Shown here: one piece after another, positions 26,915 through 35,303 of the stretch | How the letters are laid out: each line of letters starts with the position of its first letter | Position numbering within the stretch: the stretch's first letter is position 1 | Origin: a virus | Taxonomy: Duplodnaviria > Heunggongvirae > Uroviricota > Caudoviricetes | DNA length: 36,299 nucleotides | Strand: one strand, 5' to 3' | IMG/VR virus record: IMGVR_UViG_2657245570_000017 | Span: 1 to 36,299 of that record | Made by a program: the position numbers and the translations under genes | The notes under the pieces: generated by a model | Databases searched by the model: none | Told to the model about the DNA's origin: nothing | Seen by the model: the letters and a program-made list of their open reading frames with translations, nothing else

Positions 26915-29758
26915 TCAATCTTTATCGTAAAAACTGCCACGCCCGGCACGGGCGCGCCGTTCCGTTTCTGCCCTGACCATTTCACCGACCAGTTTCGCCA
27001 GTTCGCGGGGATTCTGCGTAACAACGTTATGCAGATGAACATGAATTTCACCACCAAATCCGGAGGCAACAGGCTCCCGGTTACGGGAAGTTACAGGAAC
27101 TGATGCCACTGGAGATCGTATGGCCTCCGCCACCGGGCGGGAGCTGGCCGCAACAACAGGGACCAGCGCCGGAGGCAGCGGAGCCGGGACCACGGGGGTG
27201 ATATTAATTGCGGGGGCAGGCTTACCGACCTGCGCAATCTTCCGCTCCTGCCACTCCCCACGAACAGCAAGTGCGCGGGGCAGGTTCTTAAAGACAATAT
27301 CGCCGGGGCCAATGCGTTTTTTCGTCTCATCAACCAGCTTACCTGTGTTATCAGCAATTTTGCTGAGTCTGCGTAGTGTACCGGTATTGCTGTCTGTGAG
27401 CGGTTTGTTGTCTTTGGGTTTATCACCTCCGGTGCCATTGCCATTTTCCACAGGCTTCGGCGGATTGATTTTCGCCAGGTCCCCCTGAAGCAAGGCAACC
27501 TTGTCCTGAAGAATGGCCGCACGCTGTGCGTCTTCGATTTTCTTTCTCGCCCTTTCCGCTTCATCCGGAAGCACACCGAGTTTTTCAAGTATCCACGCCA
27601 GCGTATCCAGCAACATTTTTGCGGGCGTCAGAACAAGCTGTAACGCACCGCCAAGAACGTTACCGAATGTCTCGCCAGCACTGGTACATTTATCCAGCGT
27701 TTCCTTGCTGGACTCCATCGGTGACAGCAGCGATTTAAACCAGTTAAACACCTGACTTATCCCGCTTCCGATTGCGTCAAAAACAGGACCAAACCGTTCA
27801 AAGGTTTCGCGCAACGGAGCCAGCCGTTCCATAATCCCACTGAACACCCCGGCATAAAACGCCTTGATGGGTTCCCAGTATTTCCAGATGAGAACCGCCG
27901 CAGCCACAAACGCGGCAACAATCAATCCGACCGGACTGAACAGCGCCCCGATAGCGCCACCCAGCAACGAGATGGAACCTGTTACCATTCCCCATAGTGC
28001 TGGCAGCACCCTGACGACATTCATTGATCCTGTCAGGAGGGAAAAACCAAGACGCAGTTTTGCCAGCGGACCAGCAAGCACACCAATAGCCAGCGACAAC
28101 GAGCCAATCGTTGCAGTCATTGCCAGCAACGCACCGCCTGCAATCAGTAGCTGGCGCGTCAGTGCAGGATGCGCCTGCGCCAGCGCCGTCACCTTTGAGA
28201 CCACCTTCGTCAGCCACTGCGTGACAGAACGCAGCGGACCGTCAATCAGATCGGCAATGCGGATACGCAGCCCTTCCCATGCACTGCCGAGTGATTTCAG
28301 ATCGCCGTCAAGGTTGTTGGCCATAACCTTTGCCGTGCGTTCAGCCTCACCGCGCGCGCCTTCAAGTTCTTTTCTCAGTTTAGGTAAGGAGCCGTCACCT
28401 GCCGCATCAACGAGGGCCATAAATGATGTGAAAGCCTCTTCTCCGGCAATGTCCTTAAAGAACGATACCCGGTCAACTTCCCCGTATTTGCGGGTGGCTT
28501 TATAAAGGTCGGCCAGCAAATCCTCCATCGGGCGCATTTTGCCGTTCGCATCAGAGACGGACACGCCCAGCTCTTTCAGAGCTTCTGCCGCCGCCTTTGG
28601 CGGTGATGCCAGACGAGCCAGGCTGGCACGCATTGCCGTCCCGGCATCACTCCCTCTGATACCCATATTCGCCAACACGCCAGCCATCGCTGCGGCCTGC
28701 TCCAGCGATATTCCCAGCTTACCCGCTACCGGACCTGCATATTTCATGGTTTCGCCCAGTGCGCGAAGGTCAGTGTTGGTACGGGTAAACGCTGCGGTGA
28801 GTGTGTCACCGACCCGGTCCATCTGGTCAGCAGAAAGGCCGAACTGCGTCAGGATGTTTGAGCCAATATCCGCCGTCTCGCCGAGATCCATACCGCCAGC
28901 CGTTGCCATGCTCAGCACACCGGGAAGCGCAGCCTGAATGGCCTGTGGTGTGAAGCCAGCCATTGCAAGAAATGCCTGTCCACTGGCGGCATCTCCAGCG
29001 GTGAACTGCGTTTCAGAGCCAAGTTTTAACGCCTGCTCACGCAGCGCCTTAAACTGCGGGCTGTTCTGGTCGATTCGCGTCAGCGCCTGAACGCGGGACA
29101 TCTCTTTCCCGAACCCGATCGCAGGCTGCAAAAAACGCCCGGCAGCATAGCCGCCCGCCGCTACCGCACCAATTGCCAGCGCACCACCTGTTTTCAGTTT
29201 TTCCGCTGTTTCCTGCGCGCGCGAATACCGCTCACGCGCCCGCGTTACACGCGCAAGCGCCTGCCGTTCGCGTTCAAGCTGGTTGTTGTATTGTTCGGTG
29301 CGTCTGATGGCCTGCTGGATGGTGTTATCGCTGCCTGTCAGGGAAATGCCGTGGCGTTTCAGCTCTCCGCCAAGCTCCCGCATTTTCTGAATTTCCCGTG
29401 TGCGCGATTCATTCAGGCGTTCAAGCCGGGTGCTTAACTGCTGCATCAGCTTTTGTTGTTTTTCGCTGAGCACTGTCCCCGTGCGTTGTAACTGATTAAG
29501 GGCGTTAAGCTGGCGTCGTGCTTTCACGATGCCCGCATCCGCTTTACTGACAGCGTCACGGGCGCGCTCAAATGAACGCGCCTGACGCTCGAGATTTTTG
29601 ATCGCCCCCTGCGTTCGCTGGATGGAGTCACCAAACTGCCCCATCAGGCGGCGGGCGTTTTCGGCAGGCCGGGTCAGCCTGTCAACGGCGCTGAAAGCGA
29701 CCCGGATATCAAGAGTCTTCATTGTCTGCATTCCCGCTGCGAAGTGCCGCCCGCTCAC
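26915..29758 (-). CDS. T: Tail tape measure protein, gpT-like
   Basis: 947 aa, alpha-helical Ala/Gly/Leu-rich protein with coiled-coil N-terminal region. Confidence 0.85.
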   Translation of the reverse strand: MSGRHFAAGMQTMKTLDIRVAFSAVDRLTRPAENARRLMGQFGDSIQRTQGAIKNLERQARSFERARDAVSKADAGIVKARRQLNALNQLQRTGTVLSEKQQKLMQQLSTRLERLNESRTREIQKMRELGGELKRHGISLTGSDNTIQQAIRRTEQYNNQLERERQALARVTRARERYSRAQETAEKLKTGGALAIGAVAAGGYAAGRFLQPAIGFGKEMSRVQALTRIDQNSPQFKALREQALKLGSETQFTAGDAASGQAFLAMAGFTPQAIQAALPGVLSMATAGGMDLGETADIGSNILTQFGLSADQMDRVGDTLTAAFTRTNTDLRALGETMKYAGPVAGKLGISLEQAAAMAGVLANMGIRGSDAGTAMRASLARLASPPKAAAEALKELGVSVSDANGKMRPMEDLLADLYKATRKYGEVDRVSFFKDIAGEEAFTSFMALVDAAGDGSLPKLRKELEGARGEAERTAKVMANNLDGDLKSLGSAWEGLRIRIADLIDGPLRSVTQWLTKVVSKVTALAQAHPALTRQLLIAGGALLAMTATIGSLSLAIGVLAGPLAKLRLGFSLLTGSMNVVRVLPALWGMVTGSISLLGGAIGALFSPVGLIVAAFVAAAVLIWKYWEPIKAFYAGVFSGIMERLAPLRETFERFGPVFDAIGSGISQVFNWFKSLLSPMESSKETLDKCTSAGETFGNVLGGALQLVLTPAKMLLDTLAWILEKLGVLPDEAERARKKIEDAQRAAILQDKVALLQGDLAKINPPKPVENGNGTGGDKPKDNKPLTDSNTGTLRRLSKIADNTGKLVDETKKRIGPGDIVFKNLPRALAVRGEWQERKIAQVGKPAPAINITPVVPAPLPPALVPVVAASSRPVAEAIRSPVASVPVTSRNREPVASGFGGEIHVHLHNVVTQNPRELAKLVGEMVRAETERRARAGRGSFYDKD

Positions 29759-29927
29759 GCCAGCTAACCACTTCGCCGGGCGTCATCATGAAGATTTCGG
29801 CGGGCGACCAGTTAAAAATAACGGCAATATCTGCCACAAAGTCTTCTATGTGCTCAAAGCACACAACCGTGATCAGGCTTCCGTCGCCTGTTCGTTCTTC
29901 CCGCCAGAGTCCGCACCGCTCAAAAAA
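29709..29927 (-). CDS. E' extension reached by -1 programmed frameshift (E+E' product)
   Basis: Slippery heptamer TTTTTTG on the coding strand (plus coordinates 29921-29927) near the E 3' end; the -1 frame stays open to 29709, overlapping the T start. Confidence 0.55.
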   Translation of the reverse strand, partial: FFERCGLWREERTGDGSLITVVCFEHIEDFVADIAVIFNWSPAEIFMMTPGEVVSWRERAALRSGNADNEDS

Positions 29928-30238
29928 TTTACGGCAACCACACATAACTGAATAAAGTCACGGGATGCCATTTTTTTGATCGTCACTTCATCCAGTCGCG
30001 GTGATGTCACGCGTGACAGCAGCGTAAACATGGATTCCGCTTTCAGATTCAGCACATCAGACAGCGACAAATCTCGCAGAGATCCAGCCTGCTCAATAGC
30101 TCCGGTGATCTCCACATACGTGATTTTTTCGCCGCCTCGCTCAATTGGTTGGGTAAGTTTTACGCCACGCTCACTGGTTTCTTTCACAGTGTCAGCAACT
30201 ACCGTGTTTTCGGTATCGATGTTTTTCGTCTCTTTCAT
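29873..30238 (-). CDS. E: Tail assembly chaperone, gpE-like
   Basis: 121 aa, AAGGAG RBS; lies between the tube and tape-measure genes. Confidence 0.7.
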   Translation of the reverse strand: MKETKNIDTENTVVADTVKETSERGVKLTQPIERGGEKITYVEITGAIEQAGSLRDLSLSDVLNLKAESMFTLLSRVTSPRLDEVTIKKMASRDFIQLCVVAVNFLSGADSGGKNEQATEA

Positions 30239-30292
30239 CAGGAAACTCCTTTCAGTCAGAGGCGACGCACTGCGCCGCCTGCATATTACTTA

Positions 30293-30805
30293 TCAGCCAA
30301 GCCCAAGCGCGGAACGGATGCGATCGGGCACAATGTCCTTGCCGTCCTTCCGGTAAATGAAGTTCAGCAGGTCAATCTCCCACAACGGACGATCGTTAAC
30401 ACTCAGCTTGTAGTAGGTGTTTTTAATGGCGTAAGTGTGTGATGTGGCTTCGCCCTGTTTGGCTTCCCCCATATCAATTTCCGTCACACGTCCGCGCATT
30501 TCGACTTCATACAGGTCGCTTTCTGCATCAGTGTAATATTCACCCGCAAAACGCAGCAGCGTGCCGTCAATCGTGCCGCCATACTTAAGGAACAGCTCAC
30601 GAACTGCGCCCCCCATGACAAAGCTCGCATCAAGCGCGGAGTCGTCCAGACCGAGATCAATACTTACCGCACCCATCATGCCACCACCCCGGTAGCTGTC
30701 GGTTTTGCGCGTCAGCTTAGGCAGAGTGACGGACGTCACCTTACCCACTTCGTTTTCACCATCCACAAACAGCGTAAAAAAGCGAAGATGTTTTGGCACA
30801 GCCAT
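30293..30805 (-). CDS. FII: Tail tube protein, gpFII-like
   Basis: 170 aa; position and size. Confidence 0.8.
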   Translation of the reverse strand: MAVPKHLRFFTLFVDGENEVGKVTSVTLPKLTRKTDSYRGGGMMGAVSIDLGLDDSALDASFVMGGAVRELFLKYGGTIDGTLLRFAGEYYTDAESDLYEVEMRGRVTEIDMGEAKQGEATSHTYAIKNTYYKLSVNDRPLWEIDLLNFIYRKDGKDIVPDRIRSALGLG

Positions 30806-31989
30806 CAGGCACCTCCCAGAACCGCAAATGCGGGTTCAAAGTATTCATCAGTAAACGTCTGGTAAAGCTCCATGTCTTCCAGTGGCGGAACGGGCGTATA
30901 TTTGTAGCGAATACGCACACGCCCCTGACGTAAATCCGTGGTGCTGTTATCCACCACGTCATACCAGCACTGCGCGCCAATCAGTTTCCCGGCAGTAACC
31001 AGTGAATCCAGTTTTGCCCTGATGGCACTGATAACATCCTTCACGTTCGCAGGCGTCAGTGGACTGTCGATGGTTTCAAACTGCGCTTCCGCAATTGAAT
31101 CAGCCAGCACCTGTGCGGTTCGGGTATACACCTCAAAAATGTAGGCGTTCGTTTCCGGTGTGCGGTTGCCCCAGAAGCGGAACCCGTTGCGACGAATAAT
31201 GGTCGTGATTTCTTTGTTGTTGAGGCTGTTGGCATCGCTGTCTTCGGCCTGCAACGACCAGAACACATGCCTCGACATCCCCAGCACATTTTTAACCGGA
31301 ACGTTGGACAGCGATTTGTGCCAGCCCTGCTCATGGTCAATGTACGCACGAAGGCCGCACGCATAAGCAGGCGCGGGGAACGTTTCGTTTTCGCCACTTT
31401 TCGGGTTGTAGGCGATGAAGTCCGGCCATAAGAGCATCACTTCACGTTCGTTGAATTTCTGGCGGTAGGTAATCGCTTCAGCCATCGTGTTACAGCCGTG
31501 ACATGAGGCATACACAAATGCGCGCAGTTTACCCGCAATCACGCACAGGGATTTTGTCACCGCCTCCGTGTCCAGCTCCGGCGCGGCCAGAATACGCGGA
31601 CGGTATCCGATGCTTTCATCCTGCTCTGCAACAAGCAGCGCATACATCCCCGTATAGCTGCCGTCATCCTCAGAACCACCGATAACCAGTTGATCCTGCG
31701 TCTTTTCGTCTTCTTCTTTGTGTTCAGCCACGCGAACGACGATCACCTTTGTGCTCACCTGGTCTGCGATGGCCTTAAGCGCACGATAAAGCGTCCCCGT
31801 TGTTCCGCATTTTCCCAGCACGTCATTGACGCGGGTCAGCAGTGTGGGCTTGTTCAGCGGGAACAACTTCGCGTCCGCATCATCCGCCGTTGCCACGATA
31901 CCGATAACGCTGGAATCAACATCGTTAATCGCTGTTACCAGGTCGGTATTTTCCGTAACACGGGCACCATGAAAACGAGTTTCACTCAT
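30805..31989 (-). CDS. FI: Tail sheath protein, gpFI-like
   Basis: 394 aa; FPLNKP, LRAF, WPDF, EQGWHK, RRNGFRFWGNRT, YTRTAQV and YTPVPPLE segments match P2 FI as recalled. Confidence 0.9.
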   Translation of the reverse strand: MSETRFHGARVTENTDLVTAINDVDSSVIGIVATADDADAKLFPLNKPTLLTRVNDVLGKCGTTGTLYRALKAIADQVSTKVIVVRVAEHKEEDEKTQDQLVIGGSEDDGSYTGMYALLVAEQDESIGYRPRILAAPELDTEAVTKSLCVIAGKLRAFVYASCHGCNTMAEAITYRQKFNEREVMLLWPDFIAYNPKSGENETFPAPAYACGLRAYIDHEQGWHKSLSNVPVKNVLGMSRHVFWSLQAEDSDANSLNNKEITTIIRRNGFRFWGNRTPETNAYIFEVYTRTAQVLADSIAEAQFETIDSPLTPANVKDVISAIRAKLDSLVTAGKLIGAQCWYDVVDNSTTDLRQGRVRIRYKYTPVPPLEDMELYQTFTDEYFEPAFAVLGGA

Positions 31990-32144
31990 AGCTTCAGCCC
32001 CTTGTATCCGTTAAATGATTCGGCAACAATCATCACCCACCACGCGCGTAATCTCACCCCTGCGCCGTTCTCCCGCCACGGCGACAACAAAAAGCAGTAA
32101 CCCCCTCCGCACGCACATGCGACCATGCCACACAGGGAGGGAGC

Positions 32145-33256
32145 AGATGACCGACACCACCATGCAATTGCTCAGTCAGGGCACAGACCCCGTGAAAATG
32201 CCGGATTTTGATATTCTCGCCGAGGGTAAAACGCTGTCCGGCGTGGCAGAACGCCTGATGAGCCTGTCACTGACCGACAACCGGGGATTTGAGGCGGACC
32301 AGCTCACCATCACGCTGGATGATGCCGATGGCCAGTTGCAGCTACCGCCACGGGGCGCGCGTCTGACGGTTCTCATTGGCTGGAAAGGGGAACCGCTGAC
32401 AGAAAAAGGCACTTACATTGTTGATGAAATCGCTCACGAAGGACCGCCGGACAGGCTGACTGTTTCAGCCAGAAGCGCAGATTTTCGGGATGAATTTAAC
32501 GTTAAACGTGAGGTGTCATGGCATGATGTGACCGTTGAGCGTGTGGTATCCGCCATCGCTCATCGGTACGGCCTGAAACCGCAAATCAGCGAAATGCTGA
32601 TGGATATCGAAATCGACCACGCCGACCAGACTGAAGAAAGCGACATGTCCTTCCTTACGCGCATGGCGGAAATGCTGGGCGCAATCACCACGGTAAAAAG
32701 CGGTAATCTGTTATTCATCATGCCCGGCGGTGGCGTGAACGCACAGGGCCAGCCGTTGCCATCGTTCGCCATCACACGCAGCAGCGGCGATCGCCATCAG
32801 TTCCGCATTGCTGACCGCGAGGCGTATACGGGGGTACGCGCTTACTGGCTTGATCTTAATTACGGGAAAAAGAAAAAAGTCAGCGTGAAACGCCGCAAAC
32901 CGCCAAAACCCAAAAAGGAGAAAAGCAGCAGCCGTGAAGGTGATTATATGGAAGGCGCAGAAGGCAATGTGTTTGTGTTACGCAAGACTTATCAGAACGA
33001 GCAGGCAGCAAGACGCGCAGCGGCGGCAAAGTGGCAGCAGCTACAACGCGGAGCCGCATCATTTTCCATCACGCTGGCACGCGGACGCGCAGAACTCTAC
33101 CCCGAAATGCATGGCACGGTAACAGGATTTAAAAGCGAGATTGATAATCAGGACTGGATTATTGCAAAAGCCGAGCACACCATTGATAACAGTGGCTTTA
33201 CCACGCAGCTTGAGCTTGAGGCAAAAATCCCGGAATGGATAGCGGAAATAGAGTGA
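32145..33256 (+). CDS. D: Tail protein D (late control gene D family)
   Basis: ATG at 32145 with GGGAGGGAG RBS, 370 aa; immediately upstream of ogr as in P2. Confidence 0.7.
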
Positions 33257-33298
33257 GCAACTTAGAATAGCGGCAGCACCACGTTAAGGGAGGTCGCT

Positions 33299-33559
33299 AT
33301 GTTCCGTTGTCCGCTTTGTGGCGCATCTGCCCGTATCCGCACCAGTCGTTCGGAAAATGATTCAAACACCGTACGGAAAAAATATTACCAGTGTAACAAC
33401 CTGGAATGCGGCGTATGCTTCTCAACACTGGAAGCCTTCCATAAATTCACATCAAAACACGCCTCCGGCGTTCACTCTTCAGAAGGTATCCCGTGGCATG
33501 AGCTGCCAGCTTCACACAGGGGAAACAATCAGATGAGTTTGCCTTTACCTCAGAATTAA
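33299..33559 (+). CDS. ogr: Ogr/Delta-type zinc-finger late transcription activator
   Basis: MFRCPLCG...YYQCNNLECGVCF, a C2-C2 finger resembling P2 Ogr MFHCPLC...YHQCQNVNC as recalled. Confidence 0.8.
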   Translation: MFRCPLCGASARIRTSRSENDSNTVRKKYYQCNNLECGVCFSTLEAFHKFTSKHASGVHSSEGIPWHELPASHRGNNQMSLPLPQN

Positions 33560-33750
33560 CAGGCAGAATTGCCGGAGTAACAAAAAAGCGATAGATTACG
33601 CGCGGGTGCCTTTCGGCTGATGGTCGGAGGGAATACCCGAAGGCCAGATGTGGAAAGGCCCCGGAAAACATTTCTGTTTAACCGAGGCCCTAACATATCT
33701 ACCTTAAGCAAGTGATAGGTTAGCGCCTCTCCAACAAAGGAGCAAGCGCT

Positions 33751-33891
33751 ATGTCGCAAAAATCGCTTACGGCCATCACGTTCTGCGTGACGGTAATCCT
33801 CATCATCTGGATGCTGCACGGTTCGCTGTGTGAAATACGGATGAGCTTCTGGGGAGCGGAGTTTGCGGCGTTCTTACAGTGTAAGCAGTAA
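33751..33891 (+). CDS. Hok/Gef-family type I toxin (46 aa)
   Basis: AAGGAG RBS; hydrophobic helix ITFCVTVILIIWML followed by the family signature SLCEIR and AEFAAF (compare Hok KSLCEIR...EVAAF as recalled). Confidence 0.7.
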   Translation: MSQKSLTAITFCVTVILIIWMLHGSLCEIRMSFWGAEFAAFLQCKQ

Positions 33892-33978
33892 GGAAACCGC
33901 GACGGGGGAGCAATCCCCCGTCAATCGGTTGCTAAGGTTGGCTGAAGTGGCACCCTATCTCTCAGACATGAACAACAA

Positions 33979-34011
33979 ACCCGCAGCGTAAAAACTGCGG
34001 GTTTTCTTTTT
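33979..34011 (+). terminator. Rho-independent terminator of the hok-like transcript
   Basis: ACCCGCAG-CGTAAAAA-CTGCGGGT followed by TTTCTTTTT. Confidence 0.7.
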
Positions 34012-34054
34012 GCTACCCTCACAAATGAGGGCACCATACATAAGCAATAGGCAT

Positions 34055-34100
34055 AACAGATCGATGCAATAAATCCGATCGATAAAAACGATCGATTTGT
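34055..34100. promoter_or_regulatory. Cluster of three GATC (Dam) sites upstream of com-like gene
   Basis: GATC at 34059, 34077 and 34090, each within CGATCGAT-like context. Confidence 0.5.
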
Positions 34101-34140
34101 TATCATATCGGCAGCAGTAACCACACAAGAGGTGCCGCAA

Positions 34141-34338
34141 ATGACGCAAAATGTACGATGCAAAAATTGCAACAAACTACTTGCCCGCGCCTCATTTCAC
34201 TACATTGAAATAAAATGTCCGCGCTGCAAAACACTTAACCAGATAACGAGAGCCATCGAGCACCCCACACACATGAGGAGTTATGACCGTGGGGATCGCA
34301 ATCCGGCACCAACCAGCACATACACCGGAACACACTAA
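34141..34338 (+). CDS. com: Com-like zinc-finger translational activator
   Basis: 65 aa from ATG at 34141 (AAGAGG RBS); CKNCNKLL...IEIKCPRCK matches Mu Com CKNCNKLL...IEIRCPRCK as recalled; overlaps the downstream gene start. Confidence 0.75.
   Translation: MTQNVRCKNCNKLLARASFHYIEIKCPRCKTLNQITRAIEHPTHMRSYDRGDRNPAPTSTYTGTH
34263..34294 (+). promoter_or_regulatory. Stem sequestering the methyltransferase RBS and start codon
   Basis: CCCCAC (34263-34268) pairs with GTGGGG (34289-34294), enclosing GAGGAG and ATG 34283. Confidence 0.5.
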
Positions 34339-35074
34339 GGTTTATCAGACTGACAATGCCACGCTCTGTCGTGGGAATGCACTGGAAATATTGCCGCTGA
34401 TTGAGCCAGAAAGTATTGATGCCTTAATCACTGACCCGCCTTACAGTTCGGGCGCGACACACAAGGCCGGACGCACCAACCAGGGCAGCCACGCAAAATA
34501 TCTGAACGGCGAGAACCTTCATCGCTTTGATGGGTTTGCGGGTGAAAACATGGATGCCCGTTCGTGGGCTTACTGGACACAATTATGGATGGCACAGGCA
34601 CACCGCGCAGTCAGGCCGGGCGGTTATGCCCTGGTATTTACTGACTGGCGACAACTGCCAGCTTTAACCGATGCGTTTCAGGCCAGCGGTTTTACATGGC
34701 GTGGAATCATTGCGTGGAACAAAGGAAGGGGGTCACGAACACCCCATACGGGGTATTTCCGGCATCAGTGCGAATACATCGTCTGGGGCAGTAAAGGCCA
34801 TTTAGGTAAATCGCCTTCGGGACCGTTCGACGGCTGCATGACGTTCCCGGTTATCCCATCAAAGAAAATGCACCCGACCGGAAAACCAGAAGAACTTATG
34901 GCAGAACTGGTCAGGACTGCGAATAGTGGTGGAACAGTCCTTGATCCTTTTATGGGATCGGGAACAACGGGTGTTGCAGCACTAAAAGCAGGACGCAAAT
35001 TTATTGGTATAGAAACCAGTGATCATTATTTTGATGTAGCAACACAACGGCTCAAAACGGCGATCGAACCATAA
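34283..35074 (+). CDS. DNA methyltransferase (N6-adenine/N4-cytosine, beta class)
   Basis: 263 aa; DPPY motif (ITDPPYSS) precedes the AdoMet motif DPFMGSGTTG; alternative GTG start at 34289. Confidence 0.85.
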   Translation: MTVGIAIRHQPAHTPEHTKVYQTDNATLCRGNALEILPLIEPESIDALITDPPYSSGATHKAGRTNQGSHAKYLNGENLHRFDGFAGENMDARSWAYWTQLWMAQAHRAVRPGGYALVFTDWRQLPALTDAFQASGFTWRGIIAWNKGRGSRTPHTGYFRHQCEYIVWGSKGHLGKSPSGPFDGCMTFPVIPSKKMHPTGKPEELMAELVRTANSGGTVLDPFMGSGTTGVAALKAGRKFIGIETSDHYFDVATQRLKTAIEP

Positions 35075-35078
35075 GACA

Positions 35079-35100
35079 AAGCCCGCAATGTTGCGGGCTT
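35079..35100 (+). terminator. Hairpin after the methyltransferase (weak terminator)
   Basis: AAGCCCGCA-ATGT-TGCGGGCTT, 9-bp stem; poor T-run. Confidence 0.45.
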
Positions 35101-35118
35101 ACTCTACCTCTCGAAAAT

Positions 35119-35136
35119 GTGGTCACTGCGTGGACA
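35119..35136. repeat. Putative attR core
   Basis: GTGGTCACTGCGTGGACA, direct repeat of 11-28; phage-type genes end to its left and a host gene starts to its right. Confidence 0.5.
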
Positions 35137-35303
35137 TACGCTGATACAAATCCTTTTATATCAAGAAATTAAATCTTTGTTTTTTTCATCAACAAGGATT
35201 TTCACGTTTGTGTTACCTGTATGAGACGAGAGTTAACCGGACAAGTGTGCCATAATCTCGCGGCCAGGCATACTTGCGAAGATTTCAGGTATAAGGATAC
35301 GTA

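Noticed and set aside
27120-28937. Plus-strand ORFs inside the tape-measure gene
   Set aside because: Ser/Ala/Pro-rich shadow frames antisense to the 947-aa tape-measure ORF.
33447-34175. Minus-strand ORFs 33447-33671, 33556-33819, 33921-34175 and 33955-34149
   Set aside because: They overlap ogr, the hok-like locus and regulatory hairpins, and lack RBSs; likely spurious, although a short antisense RNA in this interval cannot be excluded.
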